A stretch of DNA of 32,000 bases from Archaeoglobi archaeon JdFR-42 (GTDB lineage Archaea; Halobacteriota; Archaeoglobi; Archaeoglobales; JdFR-42): contig MTND01000027.1 in assembly GCA_002010305.1 (NCBI GenBank), forward strand, positions 14,470 to 46,469, written 5' to 3'. The notes below the pieces were generated by a model, which did no database searches, was not told the origin of the DNA, and worked only from the letters and a program-made list of their open reading frames with translations. The stretch's first letter is position 1. Each line of letters begins with the position of its first letter. Made by a program: the position numbers and the translations under genes. Shown here in pieces: positions 18,335 through 26,534 of this stretch.

Positions 18335-19471
18335 GTGAGTCTCAGAAAGATCATTCCTTATGCGTATTCCCACGCTCTCATTCACTCCTTTGAGTTAATC
18401 CTTCCCCCACTTATACCGATTATCGTGGTATATTACAATATTTCGTATTTTAAAGTCGGAATGCTGGCAACATTCGGCTATTTTCTCTTTGGCATTGGTC
18501 AAATCCCATTTGGCATGTTATATGATAAACTCCGAGGAAACTTCCTTGTTATTCTCAGCTTGGCCGGAGCTGCATTTTTCTCTATACTTGTGGGGCTTTC
18601 GACCTCTTTCCTTACTTTTGTTGTGTTCTTTGCTGCTATGAACCTGTTTCTCAGCATTTTTCACCCTCCTGCTTTTGCTTTAATATCTCATAGATTTAAA
18701 GGGTCAAGAGGAAGAGCCATGGGTATTTTGGGGCTGGGTGGAACCTTTGGCCTTGCGTTAACTCCGACAGTGGTGGCATGGTTGGGAGAAACATACCGTT
18801 GGCAAATACCCTACATCCTCTTTGGAGTTCTGGGACTTCTTGCAGCTGTAATCCATTGGACAGAGAGGAAAGAGTATGATCAACATGTAGAAAGAGAAAA
18901 ATTGGAAAAAAAGCGACGAATAACATCTTACTTCATCCTTTTAATTTCTGTGTATGTGATAAAAGGTTTTATTTATCGAGGGGCTCTAACTTTCCTCCCC
19001 ACATACATATCTTCTTTCAGTTCTGTGTACTTTGGAGGATTAATAGTTACTTTCATGCTGGTGTCTGGAGGATTCGGACAGATACTGGGAGGAGAAATGG
19101 TAGACCGATTTAACAGGGTGGTTTTTCTGGTCGTTCTTCTCGCCCTTGACACCATTTTTCTATTGCTGCTTTTCTCATCTTCTACAACTTTGATATATGC
19201 ACTACCAGTTGCACTGGGTTTTACATACTTTGCAGGTCAGACAGTAATCAACGTACTTATTTCTGATTTTACTCCTGAATCATCCAGAGGCACCGGGTAT
19301 GGTATTGCCTTCTCTATAGCGTTTACTTTAGGCTCTTTTTCATCAACTGTCGCAGGTTACATCGCTGATATTTTAGGATTCGAATACATATTCCTGTTTC
19401 TTGGAGTAATATCTGTATTTTCCGTTATCATAACAATGTATCTATGGAGGTTGTGGCATGAGGCTGCCTGA
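18335..19471 (+). CDS. MFS-type transporter
   Basis: About 10-12 TM segments, a central charged loop (ERKEYDQHVEREKLEKKRR), an MFS-like GxxxDKLRG motif and a GTG start. Confidence 0.65.
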   Translation: MSLRKIIPYAYSHALIHSFELILPPLIPIIVVYYNISYFKVGMLATFGYFLFGIGQIPFGMLYDKLRGNFLVILSLAGAAFFSILVGLSTSFLTFVVFFAAMNLFLSIFHPPAFALISHRFKGSRGRAMGILGLGGTFGLALTPTVVAWLGETYRWQIPYILFGVLGLLAAVIHWTERKEYDQHVEREKLEKKRRITSYFILLISVYVIKGFIYRGALTFLPTYISSFSSVYFGGLIVTFMLVSGGFGQILGGEMVDRFNRVVFLVVLLALDTIFLLLLFSSSTTLIYALPVALGFTYFAGQTVINVLISDFTPESSRGTGYGIAFSIAFTLGSFSSTVAGYIADILGFEYIFLFLGVISVFSVIITMYLWRLWHEAA

Positions 19472-20069
19472 AGATGCATGCATTAAAAAACTCCTTAAGC
19501 TACTACATGAATCTCCATCATCCCACGATTTAGACCATGTTATGAGAGTATTTCGTCTGGCAGTTGATATCGGAGAAAAAGAAGGGGCAGATCTGCGGGT
19601 GATACAGGTCGCAGCTCTCCTTCATGATATAGCTAGGCTCAATAATATTAGAAAGAGATTAGGAGGAATAGAGTACAACCATGCCATAGCTGGAGCTAAA
19701 AAAGCCAGACAGATTCTTTCAGATATAGGTCTCAATGAAAGTTTCATAGCGAGAGTTGAGCACTGTATCGAATCCCACTCCTATTCGTCTCCCATTGTAC
19801 CGTTGACACTGGAGGCAAAAGTGCTCAGTGATGCTGATAAGCTGGACGCTATGGGTGCGGTGGGCATTGGAAGAGCCTTTATGTATGCAGGAGAAAACGG
19901 GAAGAATTTCCCCGCAGTTATTCAACATTTTGAAGAAAAACTCCTCAGGTTATATGATTTGTTGAATACCCCTTATGCCAGAAAAATAGGGAAGAAGCGA
20001 CATAGAGTCCTTAAAGAATTTTTAGAGCAATTGAAAAAGGAATTAGATTGGGTAGAGGAGCCTGAATGA
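19458..20069 (+). CDS. HD-domain metal-dependent phosphohydrolase
   Basis: HDLDHVMRV ... LLHDIAR ... HS ... DADKLDAMGAVGIGRAF. It overlaps the preceding MFS gene by 14 nt. Confidence 0.75.
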   Translation: MRLPEDACIKKLLKLLHESPSSHDLDHVMRVFRLAVDIGEKEGADLRVIQVAALLHDIARLNNIRKRLGGIEYNHAIAGAKKARQILSDIGLNESFIARVEHCIESHSYSSPIVPLTLEAKVLSDADKLDAMGAVGIGRAFMYAGENGKNFPAVIQHFEEKLLRLYDLLNTPYARKIGKKRHRVLKEFLEQLKKELDWVEEPE

Positions 20070-20155
20070 GATTACATCCTGAGTGCTCCTAAAAATGAGA
20101 TTAAATCTTTTCCAAATTCTGAATTTTCATCTATGCTAGTTTTCAAAATTTTCAC

Positions 20156-21358
20156 ATGGGCCAAATATTTTTTATATTGCCTGTGTCATCTAATTCTCGA
20201 ATGTCTCGTGGTAATCTTCTTATCTTGGGAGTCTTGTTCAGTGTTACATCTTTTGATACTCTCCTTCTTGGATTTACAATCCCTAGATTAATCTCGGAAT
20301 ATGGTATTTCTCATGCTCAAGCTGGGTTACTTGGAACTATATTGATGGCAGGTATAGGGGCCGGAGCACTTATTTTAGGAAGTTTGTCTGATTTTACTGG
20401 AAGGAAAAATGTAATTTTATTGGCCTTATTTACTTTTTCAGCGTCTACGGGAATTCTGGGTGTAGTAAAGGGATATGTCCCAATGTCAATTCTGGTATTT
20501 GCATCCGGATTTGGATTGGGGGGAAGTATAACCATGACAATTGCATATCTCCCTGAAATTGTGAATAGATCACTCATTGCCAGATATATGTGCTATCTTG
20601 AATCTTTCTGGGGGGTTGGAGCTCTATTAATCGTGACGGCCTCATCACTTCTTGTAAGAAGCTCTTTGCAAGATATATTTTTCATCGGAGTTTTACCTGT
20701 ATTGCTGATACCTTTTTTATGGAAACTCCCAGATGTCCCTCCATCTGGAAAAGAGAATCTAACTGGCAGTTTAAAAACACTTCTGGTCGATTACAGAAAG
20801 GTTACATTTGTTCTATGGGTGATATGGTTTTGTGCCATTTATACATATTTTGGAGTATTTTTATGGCTCCCTGAAATCTTTATATCTCTCCTCAGGTATG
20901 GTGTTAGTGGAAATTTTATTTTGATACCCATATATGCTGTGCAAATCCTGTCCCCTCTCCTTCTTTCCAGGATAGTTGAGGGAAAAAATACAGGAAAGCT
21001 TATGGGAATATATTCTTTACTTGCTGCTGCCTCTGCCATGCTGTTTATAGCGACATCTTTACCATCGCTCGTTATTATAGGAATATTTCTCGCTTCCTTT
21101 TTCAGCATTGGTAGCTGGGCCCTTCTAATCCTACTTACTCCAGAAAGCTATCCACAATCTATCCGTGGTCTTGGTGTGGGTTCAGCCGCAAGTATTGGTA
21201 GAGCGGGAGGGATCATGGCTCCTTACATTACTGGCCATCTGATTGGTATAACAGGTTCTTACAGACCATCGTTTGTTGTGTTCATCGCCATGTTTGCTCT
21301 GATGGCCCTTTTTGCCTTCATACTGCCTACTACAGAACAAGAGGGGATGTTTTGGTAA
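20156..21358 (+). CDS. MFS-type transporter
   Basis: 12 TM-like segments with the MFS loop motif LSDFTGRKNV. The real start may be the internal Met at about 20201. Confidence 0.7.
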   Translation: MGQIFFILPVSSNSRMSRGNLLILGVLFSVTSFDTLLLGFTIPRLISEYGISHAQAGLLGTILMAGIGAGALILGSLSDFTGRKNVILLALFTFSASTGILGVVKGYVPMSILVFASGFGLGGSITMTIAYLPEIVNRSLIARYMCYLESFWGVGALLIVTASSLLVRSSLQDIFFIGVLPVLLIPFLWKLPDVPPSGKENLTGSLKTLLVDYRKVTFVLWVIWFCAIYTYFGVFLWLPEIFISLLRYGVSGNFILIPIYAVQILSPLLLSRIVEGKNTGKLMGIYSLLAAASAMLFIATSLPSLVIIGIFLASFFSIGSWALLILLTPESYPQSIRGLGVGSAASIGRAGGIMAPYITGHLIGITGSYRPSFVVFIAMFALMALFAFILPTTEQEGMFW

Positions 21359-22595
21359 ATTCCCTCATCAATGAGGTAGCATAGGATCCTTTTGGAAGGA
21401 AAAACTCAAAAGTAGCAGATGGCATATCACACACCCACGTAAAACTTGTATGGGAGTAGTTGATTGTTGCAGGACGCCATGACCCTTTTGAGGAAAATTC
21501 TGGTATTTCGTGGCGAAACTCTGCTAGATCCACCTCTTCCTCCTCTAAAATTTCCATCAGCCGTTCAGCGATCCATCCGTCAGAAAGAGATGTTTCATAT
21601 CCTGGCAAGGGTAGAGATAGTGTTATCTTTTCGGCCTCAATCAGTTTCAGGGCTGTTTTCTTGTAGTTTGAAGTGATTGTTACGACTTTTCTCTCATTGG
21701 GCAACCCATCTTCAGTTAAACATACTACATCCCCGGCATCTATTGTGTATAGGTTCCTGAATTCTCTGATCCTAGCTGAGAGAAGTCTATTAAAGAGAAA
21801 TGACTGGTATGCATGGATGAACATTATTCTTAGATTTTTTGGTAGTTTCAGTAAAGCTTTTCTATAGTCTTTATGTTGTATGTACTCCTGTAGAAGAATC
21901 TTTTCGTATCTCAGGTAATTGGGCAGATCCTTTATCAGTGATGGATCGCGGGTATTCCATAGTTCCTCTCTCAATTTACGTGTCTCTTCAGGTTCATAGG
22001 GAAAAGGCTTTCCTGTATAATGCCAGAATGCATTCTCATAGTCTTTCTTCAATATGAGTTTCCCCACTACGTGTGTAATGGCTCGCTGAGCACCAAACCG
22101 TTGATGTCCAAAGAAATTTGGAATACCCTTCTCTTTCAGCTCCATGGCAGTTTCTTTTATCGGACTACAGGATTCTATTTCACTGACGGTTATTCGAAAT
22201 CGGTTTCCTTTCAAATTTCCCAGTTTCATGGCTTGATCTGATCTTCCAATCACCTCGATTTTCACATCTGGTATTCTAATGGCCTCGATTCTCTCTTCTT
22301 CAACATTCCAGATACTAAAAAATTGTGTGGATAGAGATCTCTTGTCCTTATTTCCAGCAAATCCTATTCGTTTCTGTCCGATTCCAAGCTTATTAGATAA
22401 GACTCGTACAAAATTAAATGTATCCCAGTTTTTTTTGGTAGCTTTTATAATGAGATACTTCCCATCAGTATGAAGTTTGAGCAGAGGTATCTCTTCAACC
22501 TGAAAATCCTCGAAAGTGTTTCTCAGCTTCCCTTTTATACCTTTAGTTGATGTTATATATTCTTCAATTCCGATAGTTATATCAATCTCTGTCAT
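21330..22595 (-). CDS. truD: tRNA pseudouridine synthase TruD/Pus7 family
   Basis: N-terminal FEDFQVEEI and the catalytic-Asp motif GFAGNKDKRSLSTQ. The start overlaps the pth2 stop (ATGA). Confidence 0.85.
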   Translation of the reverse strand: MTEIDITIGIEEYITSTKGIKGKLRNTFEDFQVEEIPLLKLHTDGKYLIIKATKKNWDTFNFVRVLSNKLGIGQKRIGFAGNKDKRSLSTQFFSIWNVEEERIEAIRIPDVKIEVIGRSDQAMKLGNLKGNRFRITVSEIESCSPIKETAMELKEKGIPNFFGHQRFGAQRAITHVVGKLILKKDYENAFWHYTGKPFPYEPEETRKLREELWNTRDPSLIKDLPNYLRYEKILLQEYIQHKDYRKALLKLPKNLRIMFIHAYQSFLFNRLLSARIREFRNLYTIDAGDVVCLTEDGLPNERKVVTITSNYKKTALKLIEAEKITLSLPLPGYETSLSDGWIAERLMEILEEEEVDLAEFRHEIPEFSSKGSWRPATINYSHTSFTWVCDMPSATFEFFLPKGSYATSLMREFTKTSPLVL

Positions 22596-22942
22596 TTCAA
22601 CAAGGGCAAGTCTCTTGTAATCTTATCAATTAGCTTGCTGGGAGCAGGACCGATTACGAGGGCAGTAATAGTTCCAGGAGGTATTTCTGTAAGACCAGCA
22701 TCTTTTACAATGCCTGTTGGTAGTCCAAGTTTTTTTGCATCAATCTCTAGTTTCAAGACATCCTCGAGAGTAGGAACTCGTAGGACCACCTTTTTCTGAG
22801 CTTGGTCTTTCCATCTCTTCAAGTTCTCTTTACCGGCTTTTTCATAACCGAGTATAGCTGCATGGGCAACTTGGGCAGCGAGTTTTCCTTTAGATAGTTT
22901 AAGATCGTCTCTTACTATGATCACCTGTTTGTATTCCTCCAT
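22592..22942 (-). CDS. pth2: Peptidyl-tRNA hydrolase, archaeal/eukaryotic type (Pth2)
   Basis: KQVIIVRDDLKLSKGKLAAQVAHAA ... KDAGLTEIPPGTITALVIGP, at the typical length of about 116 aa. Confidence 0.9.
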   Translation of the reverse strand: MEEYKQVIIVRDDLKLSKGKLAAQVAHAAILGYEKAGKENLKRWKDQAQKKVVLRVPTLEDVLKLEIDAKKLGLPTGIVKDAGLTEIPPGTITALVIGPAPSKLIDKITRDLPLLK

Positions 22943-22981
22943 ACAGATCTCCCTGATACTATTTGGAGATACACGAGAGTA

Positions 22982-23263
22982 TTATTCTTCCAGAGCGAGA
23001 TCTTCAAGAGAAACGGGTCTGGATTTTCTCTCTTTCCATTCTTTGCCTATTGCAATCCCTTCCTTCTCACTGTATTCTGATATTATGATGTTTTCATCTT
23101 CCACTCTGGAAATCGCTTCCAATGGTACTCCAACAAAATTAGTGTCGTTTTTTATGATCAAGTAACCCTCATATATATCCAGACTTTCTCCCACTTTTTC
23201 CCCGTCATGTAATACATACTTGCATATGAGATCCATAGCAGGGACATCCTTCATAACACTCAC
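22982..23263 (-). CDS. Small hypothetical protein (about 90 aa)
   Basis: ORF co-directional with pth2-truD and 39 nt upstream of them, with gene-like composition. Either the GTG at 23263 or the ATG at 23254 could be the start. No family recognised. Confidence 0.4.
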   Translation of the reverse strand: MSVMKDVPAMDLICKYVLHDGEKVGESLDIYEGYLIIKNDTNFVGVPLEAISRVEDENIIISEYSEKEGIAIGKEWKERKSRPVSLEDLALEE

Positions 23264-23446
23264 AGAAATGGGTATCCTTCAACGGTAAATAAAAGTATCG
23301 AATGGTCATTGGATTGAACTTTTAATCAGAAAAGATCATTCGTTGAAAAAACTTTGAATGTTTTGGGGATATTGTAAGCCATAAACTTACAAATTGTCAA
23401 CTACAGTAACAATATTTTTAAGTATTTCATCTAACTTGTATCCAAT

Positions 23447-23863
23447 ATGCCAGAATATTATTTTCCTGAGCAGGTTCTACTGGTAATTAACAAAAAGGCA
23501 ATTAAAGGCAACTATGTCGAATCCTTTGGAGGATTTTGTCATTGTGGCAAGATCATGAAAACCGTAGCAGGTTTTTCAAACGATGAATCTTATGTGGTGG
23601 TAGAATGCCCCTCCTGTGGTAGTATGGAATTGCTAGTTTCTGCTAAATCTCTTGATTTCGTTCGAAAGATGGATTTGGTGGTTGTAAATTCCAGAGATCG
23701 GGTCCTTGAGTTTCTAAGAGATGTTCTCTCTCCGTCAGAATTGGAGACTGTGCTTGAAAGACTTAAAGGTAGTAGATACAATTACTCATCTTTTAATAGA
23801 GCGAAAAAGAAGATTAAAGATTTTAAGCTTGATTTAGACTATCTTCTTGCCTTTTTCCAATGA
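23447..23863 (+). CDS. Hypothetical zinc-ribbon protein (138 aa)
   Basis: CHCG ... CPSCG four-Cys/His arrangement, followed by a helical C-terminal half. No family recognised. Confidence 0.45.
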   Translation: MPEYYFPEQVLLVINKKAIKGNYVESFGGFCHCGKIMKTVAGFSNDESYVVVECPSCGSMELLVSAKSLDFVRKMDLVVVNSRDRVLEFLRDVLSPSELETVLERLKGSRYNYSSFNRAKKKIKDFKLDLDYLLAFFQ

Positions 23864-23880
23864 TGGATTTCTATTCCTGG

Positions 23881-23912
23881 TTTTTTAACTCTCACTTTTT
23901 AAGAAAAAGTGA
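23881..23912 (+). terminator. T6 tract plus perfect 9-bp hairpin downstream of the zinc-ribbon ORF
   Basis: TTTTTT at 23881..23886, then TCACTTTTT (23892..23900), loop AAG, and AAAAAGTGA (23904..23912). Confidence 0.35.
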
Positions 23913-24100
23913 AAATTATATATGAAATATAAAATATATATAATTAAATTCATGTCCTATTAATAATATATTTAAATTAACTAATAAAAATTAAAAAGTA
24001 TAATTTATTGTATTTAATTATTAAGAAAGATTAGTTATATATAAATATTTACTAGATTATTTTTAATATAGTATTTATATTGGAATATTAAAAACGATAT

Positions 24101-24331
24101 TTACACTAAAAAATTAGAGGCCTTTTCACCATTCTTATAAAATATGGAACAGATTATCCTAATCTCTCTGTATTTTGCATCTCTCAGCACATTCGATGTA
24201 TTTACCCCCCCTTGTTTAGACCATGAACCCTGAGTTCCTATATATGCTGGAATAATCTTCTGACGGAAAATAGCTTTTTTAGGTTTTCCTAAATATTGTT
24301 ATTCCACTATATTTGGAATACTAACATTCAT
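24101..24331 (-). pseudogene. Stop-interrupted ORF remnant of unknown family inside the AT-rich island
   Basis: The minus strand reads ATG(24331) MNVSIPNIVE, then an in-frame TAA (24301..24299), then QYLGKPKKAIFRQKIIPAYIGTQGSWSKQGGVNTSNVLRDAKYREIRIICSIFYKNGEKASNFLV, then TAA (24103..24101). The 65-codon open stretch has gene-like composition but no ATG/GTG/TTG start. Confidence 0.35.
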
Positions 24332-24385
24332 AAGTTTAATTTAAAAATTTAATATACATTATTTAATTATATGTTATGAATAATC

Positions 24386-24421
24386 TATATGATTTAATAT
24401 ATGATTTAGTATATGTTATTA
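24386..24421. repeat. 12-nt tandem repeat, three units
   Basis: TATATGATTTAA / TATATGATTTAG / TATATGTTATTA in direct tandem, plus a related TATATGTTATGA at 24368..24379. Confidence 0.6.
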
Positions 24422-24493
24422 AAGTTATGAATTTTTATATTTAAAACTAATTACTTTATTAATTTATTTCAATTATATTGAATTAATAAATAA

Positions 24494-24549
24494 GAAGTAG
24501 AACTGGTGAAGTAGAGCATATGAGATTAAAAGTGAGACTTTGAAGTGAG
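24494..24549 (+). repeat. Four direct copies of a GAAGTRGA-like octamer upstream of the ADP-ribosylglycohydrolase gene
   Basis: GAAGTAGA at 24494 and 24508, AAGTGAGA at 24530, GAAGTGAG at 24542. These are G-rich islands in otherwise A/T DNA, 80-140 nt upstream of ATG 24631. Confidence 0.5.
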
Positions 24550-24594
24550 TTGTTGCACCTCATGTATATTCAGTTCAAGATTACAAAGTAATTA

Positions 24595-24611
24595 AAAAAT
24601 ATTTAAATAAA
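24595..24611 (+). promoter_or_regulatory. TATA-like box upstream of the ADP-ribosylglycohydrolase gene
   Basis: AAAAAATATTTAAATAA, centred about 28 nt upstream of ATG 24631. Confidence 0.4.
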
Positions 24612-24630
24612 GGGATGGCAGGAAAAGAGT

Positions 24631-25602
24631 ATGGGTGGAAATTTGAAGGACAGGCTGAAAAATCGGTTTGTAGGCAGCATTTTAGGTGTTGCTGTTGGAG
24701 ATGCTCTGGGAATGCAGGTTGAAGAGCTATCAAGAGAGGAGATACTGTCCATGCATGGAGTGGTAAGGGATTACGGTAAAGCTCCAGAAGGCCACCCTAA
24801 TGACAGGCTTGAACCGGGTATGTATACTGATGACACCGAGCAGACCATCACGCTCTTAGTATCCATTATTGAGAAAGGAAGATTTGATGTGGGTCATTTT
24901 GCCATGAAGATTTCTGAATGGGGTAAACAGATTATGGAGCATCCTGAACTTGATAGGTTTTCAGGTGGTACCAGTAAAAAGGCTATTAAGAAGCTACTGG
25001 AAGGAATAGATTGGATGGAATCAGGAGAAGAAGGCACCACCTGCGGATCTGCCATGCGTGTTGCACCGATTGGTCTGTTTTATTATTACGATCTCGATTT
25101 TGTCGAAAAATTTGCAAGGATGTCAAGTACTCCAACCCACTCCAGTCATGGTGCGAGGGCTGGAGCTATGGCTGTTGCATTAGGAGTAGCATGCTGCATC
25201 AATGACTATCCTATTGAAAAAATGGTGGTAGAAGTTGTCAAACGGACTGCAAAAGAAGATGAGGAACTAGCAGACAAAATACAGCTTGCCTATGAAATAA
25301 GAGAGGTAGACCTGGATGAAGCTGTAAGAGAGATCGGAAACTCAAGTTCAGTCTATGAAACTGTTCCTTTTTCCTTTTACAGCTATTTTGGTCATGCTGA
25401 TCGATTTGAGGATGCGGTGATAACTGCTGTTAATGCGGGTGGAGATACCGATTCAATTGGAGCTATAACAGGAGGGATGGCAGGTGCTAGGCACGGCGTT
25501 GAGAGCATTCCTGATAGATGGCTAAAGAATCTAGAAAATAAAGAGTATCTTATTGAACTTGCAGAAAAGCTTTACATTCTAGCTGTAAAGGATATGGCGT
25601 GA
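24631..25602 (+). CDS. ADP-ribosylglycohydrolase family protein (DraG/ARH-like)
   Basis: GSILGVAVGDALG, MYTDDTEQT and GGDTDSIGAITGGMAGARHG, the metal-binding signature segments of the family. Confidence 0.85.
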   Translation: MGGNLKDRLKNRFVGSILGVAVGDALGMQVEELSREEILSMHGVVRDYGKAPEGHPNDRLEPGMYTDDTEQTITLLVSIIEKGRFDVGHFAMKISEWGKQIMEHPELDRFSGGTSKKAIKKLLEGIDWMESGEEGTTCGSAMRVAPIGLFYYYDLDFVEKFARMSSTPTHSSHGARAGAMAVALGVACCINDYPIEKMVVEVVKRTAKEDEELADKIQLAYEIREVDLDEAVREIGNSSSVYETVPFSFYSYFGHADRFEDAVITAVNAGGDTDSIGAITGGMAGARHGVESIPDRWLKNLENKEYLIELAEKLYILAVKDMA

Positions 25603-25614
25603 TTTAAAATACTC

Positions 25615-26523
25615 TTAAAAATTCTCTTTAATGTAATTGAAGGCTGAAACTGCTGCTCGGGCTCCATCCCCAGCTGCGGTCACAACCTGTTTCAGAGGGT
25701 TGTTGCAAACATCGCCAGCAGCAAACAGTCCCGGAACGTTGGTTCTTTGTTCTTTGTCGACTATAATGTATCCCTGAGAATCGAATTCAATTTCCAGTTC
25801 AGCCAGGAAGTCGGTAATAGGCGTATTGCCTATGGCAACAAAAATGCCATCTACTTCAACTTCTGTATCTTCTCCTGTCACTCTGTTGTGTAGTATTACT
25901 TTATTGACTTTCATGTTTCCTTTGATCTCCTTGATAACAGTATTCCAGATTACAGGAATGTTGTGTTTTTGTATTTCTTCCTGCAGAATCTTTTCAGCCC
26001 GGAACTCATCCCGTCTATGGACAATGGTTGGATATACTCCTTGGTTTTTGAGATAAATCGCTTCAGTAAGGGCTGTGTTTCCGCCGCCTATTACTAGCAC
26101 CTTTTTCCCCCGGTAAAAGGCAGCATCGCAGGTGGCACAATAACTTACCCCCCTTCCGGTGAACTCATTTTCTCCCGGAACTCCTGCCTTTTTATGGCTT
26201 GCTCCAGAAGCGACGATTACAGCCTTGGTGGTATAGGTATTCTCTTCTCCGATTATCTCAAAGACTTCGTTTATGTTCTTAACTTTGATTACTTTTTCAA
26301 GTTTGATTTCCACTCCAAACTTTAACGCATGCTCTTTAAATTTATCCAGCAGATCCATTCCCCCTCCCATATAACCCGGGTAGTTTTCTATGACAGGGGT
26401 GGTGGATAACTGAGACACTGGATCCACGCTTTCAAGAACGAGAGTCTTAAGCCCATGTCTGGCAGAGTAAATAGCAGCAGATAGTCCAGCAGGACCAGCT
26501 CCAATAATAATAACGTCATACAT
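25615..26523 (-). CDS. trxB: Thioredoxin-disulfide reductase
   Basis: FAD fold MYDVIIIGAGPAGLSAAIY, redox-active CATC, NAD(P)H fold VIGGGNTALTEA, C-terminal GLFAAGDV. I prefer the ATG at 26523 over the track's GTG at 26538. Confidence 0.88.
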   Translation of the reverse strand: MYDVIIIGAGPAGLSAAIYSARHGLKTLVLESVDPVSQLSTTPVIENYPGYMGGGMDLLDKFKEHALKFGVEIKLEKVIKVKNINEVFEIIGEENTYTTKAVIVASGASHKKAGVPGENEFTGRGVSYCATCDAAFYRGKKVLVIGGGNTALTEAIYLKNQGVYPTIVHRRDEFRAEKILQEEIQKHNIPVIWNTVIKEIKGNMKVNKVILHNRVTGEDTEVEVDGIFVAIGNTPITDFLAELEIEFDSQGYIIVDKEQRTNVPGLFAAGDVCNNPLKQVVTAAGDGARAAVSAFNYIKENF

Positions 26524-26534
26524 TAAAAACCGCC

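Noticed and set aside
21330-21358. 29-nt convergent overlap of the MFS gene and truD 3' ends as a possible antisense regulatory feature
   Set aside because: Short convergent overlaps are common in compact genomes. There is no structure or repeat here, and either C-terminus could be non-essential tail sequence.
23913-24490. CRISPR array or leader in the A/T-rich island
   Set aside because: There is no repeat-spacer periodicity in the 25-40-nt range. The only tandem units are 12 nt and A/T-only, and no cas genes are nearby.
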